From the NCBI GenBank assembly GCA_030066085.1, contig JASJCI010000033.1, forward strand, positions 12,570-76,569: DNA of 64,000 nt, given 5' to 3'. Positions 57,970 through 64,000 of this stretch are shown here, piece after piece (the stretch's first letter is position 1; each line of letters opens with the position of its first letter). Origin of the DNA: Gammaproteobacteria bacterium (GTDB lineage: Bacteria > Pseudomonadota > Gammaproteobacteria > GCA-001735895). Below the pieces are notes generated by a model. That model saw only the letters and a list, made by a program, of their open reading frames with translations. It was not told where the DNA came from and searched no databases. The translations under genes and the position numbers were made by a program.

Positions 57970-59208
57970 ATGAAATCGCTCGCGCTCGGTACCCTGCTGA
58001 CCCTGTCATGGCGCAACCTGTGGCGCAACCGGCGCCGCACCGCAATCATGCTCGGCGCCATATCGGTCGGCGTCTGGGCGATGATCTTCATGACCGCACT
58101 GATGCGCGGCATGGTCGACGACATGCTGGAGCAGGGGATTCGCAACCTGCCCGGACATATCCAGATTCAGCACCCCGAGTTCCTCGACGATCCCAACGTG
58201 GTCAACAATATCGCCGAACCCGAAGGTGCCCTGCTCGAAGCACTGCAGCGCAACGGCAGCCGCCGCTGGGCCACGCGCATCAAGGTGCCGGCGGTCATCG
58301 CCAGCGAGCGCGAAAGCCGCGGCGTGGCGCTGATCGGTATCGAGCCCGCTAACGAAGGCGAAATCAGCGGTCTGCCGGAGAAAATCGTCGAGGGACGCTT
58401 CCTCGAGTCGCTCGACGACCGCGGCATCGTCATTGGTGCGCGCCTGGCGGAGCGCCTCGAAACCCGCCTGGGTAAACGCGTCGTGGTGATGAGCCAGGAT
58501 CCGGACAACAACATCAGCGAACGCGGTTTTCGTATCGTCGGCATCTACCGCGCCGAACTTGCCGCGTTCGAGGATTTCAACGTCTATACCGCGCGCGCGA
58601 CCCTGCAGCGGTTACTCGGCATCGACGGCCGGGTATCGCAGATCGTGGTCGTCGGCGACGATTACCGCGAGGTCGATCGGCTGTTCCGCGAGATTCGCGC
58701 GCTGACGCCGACGTCGCTCGACGCCAGGCCCTGGTATCAAATCGACAGCTTTCTCGCATCGATGTTCGCCCTGATGGACGGCTTTGTCGTCGTCTGGGTG
58801 GTGATTATTTTCCTCGCGCTTTCGTTCGGGCTGGTGAATACGCTGGTAATGGCCATTTTCGAACGCGTGCGCGAGATCGGTCTGATCCAGGCACTCGGCA
58901 TGCGCCCGGCGCAAATCGTCGTCCAGATCCTGCTGGAATCGCTGCTGTTGCTGCTGATCGGCCTGCTCTGCGGCAACCTGATTGCGATCGCAACCATCCT
59001 GCCGCTCGCCGACGGCCTCGACCTGACCGCCGTGGCCGAGGGTATGGCAATGATGGGCGCCGGCAGCGTGCTCTACCCGCGCCTGCTGCTGTCGGACCTG
59101 GTACTGGCCAACAGCGTGGTCGCCGTGCTCGGCGTTTTGACCAGTATCCTGCCGGCCTGGCGAGCATCGAAACTCGACCCGATCCGGGCCCTCAATACCA
59201 CGAGATGA
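57970..59208 (+). CDS. FtsX/MacB-like ABC permease (second paralog)
   Basis: LSWRNLWRNRRRT, GHIQIQH, FERVREIG...ALG, PAWRASKLDP..AL. Confidence 0.88.
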   Translation: MKSLALGTLLTLSWRNLWRNRRRTAIMLGAISVGVWAMIFMTALMRGMVDDMLEQGIRNLPGHIQIQHPEFLDDPNVVNNIAEPEGALLEALQRNGSRRWATRIKVPAVIASERESRGVALIGIEPANEGEISGLPEKIVEGRFLESLDDRGIVIGARLAERLETRLGKRVVVMSQDPDNNISERGFRIVGIYRAELAAFEDFNVYTARATLQRLLGIDGRVSQIVVVGDDYREVDRLFREIRALTPTSLDARPWYQIDSFLASMFALMDGFVVVWVVIIFLALSFGLVNTLVMAIFERVREIGLIQALGMRPAQIVVQILLESLLLLLIGLLCGNLIAIATILPLADGLDLTAVAEGMAMMGAGSVLYPRLLLSDLVLANSVVAVLGVLTSILPAWRASKLDPIRALNTTR

Positions 59209-59215
59209 AATCACG

Positions 59216-59899
59216 ATGAGCGCGATTCGCTGCCGACAACTGTGCAAGACCTTCCAGCAGGGTGACGAGATCATTACCGGCCTGGACCATGTCGATCTCG
59301 ATATCGAAACGGGCGAATTCGTCTGCCTGTCGGGACCGTCAGGCTCAGGCAAAACCACGCTGCTGAACGCCATCGGCGGGCTGGATACACCTGACAGCGG
59401 CGAGATCACGATGGGCGACCTGCGCATCGACCAGCTCGATCGTGGCCGCCTCGCGGAGATGCGCCTGCACCATATCGGTTTCGTGTTCCAGGCCTACAAC
59501 CTGATCGCGGTGCTGAGCGCGCAGGAAAACGTCGAGTTCGTGATGCAGGTGCAGGGTATCGAGGCCGGCGAGCGCCGGCGCAAGGCGCGCGAAATCCTGC
59601 GCGAGGTCGGCCTCGAAGGGCTCGAGGACCGGCGCCCGGCACAGCTGTCCGGCGGGCAGCAGCAGCGCGTCGCGGTCGCGCGCGCGATCGTCTCGCATCC
59701 CGACCTGGTACTGGCCGACGAACCGACCGCCAACCTCGACAGCGTGGCCTCGACGCAGTTGATGGACCTGTTCGTGAAACTGAACCAGCATCACCACACG
59801 ACCTTCGTGATCGCGACGCACGACAAGCGCGTAATGGCATACGCGCGGCGCCTGATCCGCATGGTCGACGGCAAGATCGTCAGCGATGAGGCGCAGTAG
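59216..59899 (+). CDS. ABC ATPase, LolD/MacB-type
   Basis: GPSGSGKTT, IGFVFQAYNL, LSGGQQQRVAVARA, ADEPTANLD, ATHD. Confidence 0.92.
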   Translation: MSAIRCRQLCKTFQQGDEIITGLDHVDLDIETGEFVCLSGPSGSGKTTLLNAIGGLDTPDSGEITMGDLRIDQLDRGRLAEMRLHHIGFVFQAYNLIAVLSAQENVEFVMQVQGIEAGERRRKAREILREVGLEGLEDRRPAQLSGGQQQRVAVARAIVSHPDLVLADEPTANLDSVASTQLMDLFVKLNQHHHTTFVIATHDKRVMAYARRLIRMVDGKIVSDEAQ

Positions 59900-61169
59900 T
59901 CTGCGCCGGCTCGAGCGCGCACCCCGCTCGAGCCTGCTTGCGCTGCTGGGCCTGCTGGCCCTGTCGTGCCAGCAGGCGCAGGCCATCGACCTTCGCGGCC
60001 ACGTCAAGGGCCAGCTCACCTCGGTCGAGTTGCCGCGCGACAGCCTGCTGCGCGACTTCAGTGACGATCCGCAGCGCGACGCCGGCGGCGAACTGCGGTT
60101 AAACCTGCAGGACCGGCTGGACGGCTGGAGCTGGTACGTCGACTACCAGTTGCTCGCATTCACCGGCGATCGGCTCGAATTGCGCCAGCGTAATCCGGAG
60201 CTCGATTTCGGCGCGACGGCGCTGCCGACCGACGACCGTCGCGTGTTCGACCTGGAACATCGCATTCACGACGCCGACGACAGCGTCGTGTCGCACCGGC
60301 TGGACCGGTTTTACCTGGCCTACAGCAGCGCCAGCACGGTCGTCAATATCGGTCGCCAGGCAGTCTCCTGGGGCAATGGCCTGATCTACAACCCGGTGGA
60401 TTTTTTCAACCCGTTCAATCCCGCCGCGGTCGATACCGAGTACAAGACCGGCGACGACATGATCTACGCGCAATACCTGTTCGCTTCCGGCGACGACCTG
60501 CAGGGCGTCTGGGTCGGACGCCGGGACGCCGATAACGACATTACCGACGAGGTTACCAGCAGCGCGCTGAAGTACCACGGCTTCGCCGCCGGCGCCGAGT
60601 ACGACCTGTTGTTGGGCGAACACTTCGACGAGCGGGTGCTCGCGCTCGGCGGCGCGCTCGACTTCGCCGAGGCGCTATGGCGGGCCGACCTGATGCACGT
60701 CGACAGCGACGACGGCGGAGTCACCAGCGCGGTACTGAACTGGTCGTATTCCTGGGTTGCATTCGAGCGCAACCTGAGCGCGGTCATCGAACTGCATCGC
60801 AACGGCTTCGGCATCGACGACGGGGACTATTCACCGCAGGCGCTGGCGGCCAATCCCGACCTGGTCGAGCGCATCCGGCGTGGCGAACTGTTCACCCTCG
60901 GCGAGCGCTACCTCGGAACATCGCTAACGATCGAGCTACATCCGCTGTGGCAGCTGACGACCACCCTGTTCGGCAATCTCGACGACGACTCGTCGCTGCT
61001 GCAGCTGTTCAGTCGCCACGACCTGGCGCAGGACCGGCAGCTGTTGCTGGCGCTGAACCTGCCGGCCGGCGACGACGGCAGCGAATTCGGCGGCATCGAT
61101 TCGGCAGTGCCCGGGCGCACGCTCGCGCTCGGCACGTCGCTGTTCGCGCAGCTCGCCTGGTATTTCTAG
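59886..61169 (+). CDS. Putative outer-membrane beta-barrel protein
   Basis: Signal peptide; RLDR.Y, GRQAVSWGNG..YNP.D.FNP, amphipathic strands, C-terminal QLAWYF. Confidence 0.75.
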   Translation: MRRSSLRRLERAPRSSLLALLGLLALSCQQAQAIDLRGHVKGQLTSVELPRDSLLRDFSDDPQRDAGGELRLNLQDRLDGWSWYVDYQLLAFTGDRLELRQRNPELDFGATALPTDDRRVFDLEHRIHDADDSVVSHRLDRFYLAYSSASTVVNIGRQAVSWGNGLIYNPVDFFNPFNPAAVDTEYKTGDDMIYAQYLFASGDDLQGVWVGRRDADNDITDEVTSSALKYHGFAAGAEYDLLLGEHFDERVLALGGALDFAEALWRADLMHVDSDDGGVTSAVLNWSYSWVAFERNLSAVIELHRNGFGIDDGDYSPQALAANPDLVERIRRGELFTLGERYLGTSLTIELHPLWQLTTTLFGNLDDDSSLLQLFSRHDLAQDRQLLLALNLPAGDDGSEFGGIDSAVPGRTLALGTSLFAQLAWYF

Positions 61170-63208
61170 GACGCGCTGTCCACGGGCGCGAATTCGACGC
61201 CGGCACGCCGTTCGAGCAGGTCGACGAGGCGATCGATGTGCACCGGTTTGAGCAACACGTCATCACAACCCGCCGCGCGCATTGCGTCGAGGTCGTCGTC
61301 GATCGCGTTGGCGGTTACCGCGATGATGGTCACGGCGTTGCCATCGTCCTGTTCGCGTATCCTGCGCGTGGCTTCGATACCACCCATGCTCGGCATCACC
61401 ACGTCCATGAAAACGATTGGCGGGTGATGACGGGTATAAACGTCGAGCGCGCTGACACCGTCGTCCGCCTCCAGCACGGTAAAACCCGCCGGCGCCAGGA
61501 TTTGCCGCATCAGGTCGCGATTGAGCATGCAATCGTCGACCACGAGCACCTTGCGCGCCACCTGCGCGGCCGCAAGTCGCGGCGCCGAACCGGCGGCCTC
61601 GTTGCCGGCATCCACCGATGCGACCTCGATGACCGGAACCTCGAGCACGAACTTGCTGCCCTTGCCCCGCTGGCTGTCGGCCTCGAGGCTGCCGCCCATC
61701 AGGCGCGCCATCTGCCGCGAGATTGCGAGCCCGAGCCCGCTACCGCCAGCCCGCTGACCCTGTTCGGTCTGCTCGAAGGCGGAGAAAATCGCTTCGAGCT
61801 GGTCGGCCTCGATGCCTTCACCGGTGTCCTCGACGGTGAATGCCAGCACGACGCGGCGGCCGTCGCGGCCGGCAACGGCCGCCGCCAGGCTAACCGAACC
61901 GCTGCTGGTGAACTTGAATGCATTCCCCAGCAGGTTGATCAGGATCTGCTTGATCTTGCCGCGGTCGGCCAGGACGTATCGCGGCAGCCCGGCGGCAAGC
62001 TCGCTGCGCATTTCGATCGCGCGCTGGCCATCGCGCAGCGCGAACATTTGTTCGAGGTCACCGAGCATCGGCGCGAGCTCGAATTTTTCCTCGGCAAGCA
62101 GCATGCGGCCGGCCTCGATCTTGGACATGTCGAGCACGTTGTCGATCAGGCCCAGCAGGTGTTCGCCGCTGCGGTTGATCGTATCGATCATGTTGCGATG
62201 GCGCGCGCCCAGCGACTGGTCGCGCTGCAGCAGCTGGGTAAAGCCGAGAATGGCGTTCATCGGCGTGCGTATTTCGTGCGACATGTTGGCGAGGAAAGTT
62301 GCCTTGGCCCGGGTTGCGGCCTCGGCCTGGTCGCGCGCGATCCTGAGCGCGTCCTCGGCGCGCTTGAGCTCGGTAATATCGTGACCTTCCGGCACCAGCA
62401 TGATGACCTCGCCATGCGCGTCCCTGACCGGCGTTACCCGGAAATCGATATGCCGCAGGTCGCCATCGACGGTCGGGTGATCGGCGAAAAACTGGATACG
62501 CTCACCCGCGGCGGCACGATCGATCGCGTCGCGCAGGCGCAGCTGGATATCGGGATCGTGGGTCCACCACGGGCACTCCCAGAATGGCAGGCCGACCAGG
62601 TCTTCACGCCGGGCGCCGATCATGTCGAGCGCGGCCTGGTTGGCTTCCAGCAGGGTGCCGTCGCTGCGCAGCAAACCCTGCAGCTGGAACGAGGTGTCGA
62701 GAATTGCCTTGGCGCGCGCCTCGCTCTCCTGCAACGCGTCCTCGGTCCGCTTGCGCTCGCTGACGTCCGCCAGCACCGTGACCACGTGGTTGCCGGGCGC
62801 GGGGTGGCGGGACAGCTGGATGCTGCGCCCGTCGGGCGTGCGGTCCTCGAACTCGCTCGATTCGCGCGCGCGCAGCGACGCCAGCCGCTGCGCGAGAATT
62901 TCCTGCGGCGATCCTTCGCCGAGCAGAAGCCCCTGCTCCATTTCGTAACGCAGGATGTCCTCCATCGGTCGCCCGGGTACGACCAGGTCGTCCGGGTGCC
63001 CGTATATCTGCTGGTATCGTTCGCTGACGACAACCAGTTTCAGGTCGGCGTCGACCACGTACATCGCGCCCGGCATGTGGTCCATCGCAACACGCAGTTG
63101 CGCGGTCTGTTCCGACAACTGGCTGCAGACACGACACAGGCTGGCGACCTCCGCTTCGAGTTCGCGAATACGTTCGTCTGCCGGGCCGTCAGCATCGATG
63201 CCAGCCAT
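61166..63208 (-). CDS. Cytoplasmic PAS-PAS hybrid sensor kinase with receiver domain
   Basis: Two PAS domains (second with FWECPWW), FLANMSHEIRTPMN, NLLGNAFKFT, GSGLGL; receiver with VVDD, FMDVVMP, TAN, KP. Confidence 0.92.
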   Translation of the reverse strand: MAGIDADGPADERIRELEAEVASLCRVCSQLSEQTAQLRVAMDHMPGAMYVVDADLKLVVVSERYQQIYGHPDDLVVPGRPMEDILRYEMEQGLLLGEGSPQEILAQRLASLRARESSEFEDRTPDGRSIQLSRHPAPGNHVVTVLADVSERKRTEDALQESEARAKAILDTSFQLQGLLRSDGTLLEANQAALDMIGARREDLVGLPFWECPWWTHDPDIQLRLRDAIDRAAAGERIQFFADHPTVDGDLRHIDFRVTPVRDAHGEVIMLVPEGHDITELKRAEDALRIARDQAEAATRAKATFLANMSHEIRTPMNAILGFTQLLQRDQSLGARHRNMIDTINRSGEHLLGLIDNVLDMSKIEAGRMLLAEEKFELAPMLGDLEQMFALRDGQRAIEMRSELAAGLPRYVLADRGKIKQILINLLGNAFKFTSSGSVSLAAAVAGRDGRRVVLAFTVEDTGEGIEADQLEAIFSAFEQTEQGQRAGGSGLGLAISRQMARLMGGSLEADSQRGKGSKFVLEVPVIEVASVDAGNEAAGSAPRLAAAQVARKVLVVDDCMLNRDLMRQILAPAGFTVLEADDGVSALDVYTRHHPPIVFMDVVMPSMGGIEATRRIREQDDGNAVTIIAVTANAIDDDLDAMRAAGCDDVLLKPVHIDRLVDLLERRAGVEFAPVDSAS

Positions 63209-63335
63209 TACTCGTTACCTCGCCAGGGTAGTGACCGTTGCAATACCATGTTTCAAAGTCTAGTTCAGAATACACCTGAGTTCGGCAGCCCGGCACCAGG
63301 CCCGGGCTCGATTGCCGCACACCGGCGGCACCAGC

Positions 63336-63746
63336 TCACAGCGCCCGGTAAAAACCATAAATCAGCAGCGCACAGGCCGGGAAAATCGCCAGCGTACCGA
63401 TCGCGTACAGCAGGTACACCAGCCGGTTGGCCACCGCACCCTCGAGGCGCAGACCCCGCTCACCACTGACCGCGCGCATGGTCATCGCCAGCATCGAAGT
63501 CCAGACGAACACCACCACCAGCACCAGCGCTATCCGCAATTGCAGATCTGACAATACCGGCAGGTCGACCAGCGCGGCGAGAGCGAGCAGCATGACCGCC
63601 CTGCCGGCACCGCCGGCGTGCAGCAAATGCCAGGGCGCCTGGTCGCCACCGTCCTTGATTGCAAGATAGAGCATAAAGCCGGCGACGAGGCTCACCACCA
63701 GCACCAGTAAACCGTTCAACGCAAGCCAGGTCGCGAGTTGTTCCAC
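63336..63746 (-). CDS. Four-TM membrane protein, styrene-oxide-isomerase (StyC)-like pattern
   Basis: W..LH.GG...A.M.LA and RGL..G pattern; GTG start after GGAGG, coupled to the upstream stop. Confidence 0.55.
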   Translation of the reverse strand: MEQLATWLALNGLLVLVVSLVAGFMLYLAIKDGGDQAPWHLLHAGGAGRAVMLLALAALVDLPVLSDLQLRIALVLVVVFVWTSMLAMTMRAVSGERGLRLEGAVANRLVYLLYAIGTLAIFPACALLIYGFYRAL

Positions 63747-63748
63747 GC

Positions 63749-64000
63749 TCAGGACCCTCCTGCTTCGTCGATGGATGGATACAGCCACGAATGCGACATT
63801 CCGGGGTGCCGGTCACCGTAGCGCCGCGGCACGTCCTGGGTCCAGTCGCTGGGAATGATCGTCGGCAGCAGCAACAGGAGCGCGAAGGCGAACCGCTTGG
63901 CGCCCACCCGGCCGGCCGCTGGTGACGGTGGCACGAGCGGCGCGCGTTCGCGCCCGCTCCCGCGATAAAACCAGATCAGCATGCCGATCCCGGCAAGCGC
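63749..64000 (-). CDS. C-terminal part of a membrane protein (truncated by the window end)
   Basis: Frame open to 64000 (ALAGIGMLIWFYR...FAFALLLLLP); stop lies 2 nt before the next start. Confidence 0.5.
   Translation of the reverse strand, partial: ALAGIGMLIWFYRGSGRERAPLVPPSPAAGRVGAKRFAFALLLLLPTIIPSDWTQDVPRRYGDRHPGMSHSWLYPSIDEAGGS

Noticed and set aside
60677-63469. 930-aa plus-strand ORF, and similar long ORFs at 7591-9366, 28545-30116, 30455-31897, 44003-45598 and 18417-19856
   Set aside because: Antisense or off-frame shadows of well-supported genes in high-GC DNA; biased composition and no motifs.
1-64000. CRISPR arrays, tRNA/rRNA, integrases, transposases, defence systems
   Set aside because: No regularly spaced repeats, RNA-gene signatures or relevant protein motifs found on inspection.

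Overview
GC-rich, gene-dense chromosomal window, probably from a gammaproteobacterium (E. coli/Vibrio-type Mdh). I saw no rRNA, tRNA, CRISPR array, phage or transposase. The main theme is catabolism of methylated amines and betaines: a gamma-butyrobetaine/carnitine cluster (CdhR-like regulator, CdhC, CdhA, acyl-CoA dehydrogenase, ADP-forming CoA ligase, CaiD, acetoacetate-CoA ligase), a GcvT-fused sarcosine/dimethylglycine dehydrogenase, EtfAB, an StcD-like N-methylproline demethylase, and a DmdA-like demethylase paired with an EgtE-like PLP enzyme. The window also holds a peptide-family ABC importer, three DMT transporters, two orphan histidine kinases, a cNMP-domain Na+/H+ antiporter, a DUF1800/DUF1501 pair and a LolA-like/FtsX/LolD/beta-barrel export operon. 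The most unusual signal is non-coding (39.2-39.9 kb). Right after a LitR/CarH-like MerR regulator lies a quasi-palindromic pair of divergent sigma70 promoters, flanked by two inverted 17-bp operator-like boxes whose TAGACA core also occurs upstream of the regulator. These appear to drive a ~135-nt terminated small RNA on the minus strand and an unexplained structured region on the plus strand. Other items seen: a frameshifted hemerythrin pseudogene, a 106-bp RPE/MITE-like palindrome where cdhB would be expected, and a Tat signal carried by DUF1800 rather than DUF1501. All family calls are by eye from motifs; no database search was run.
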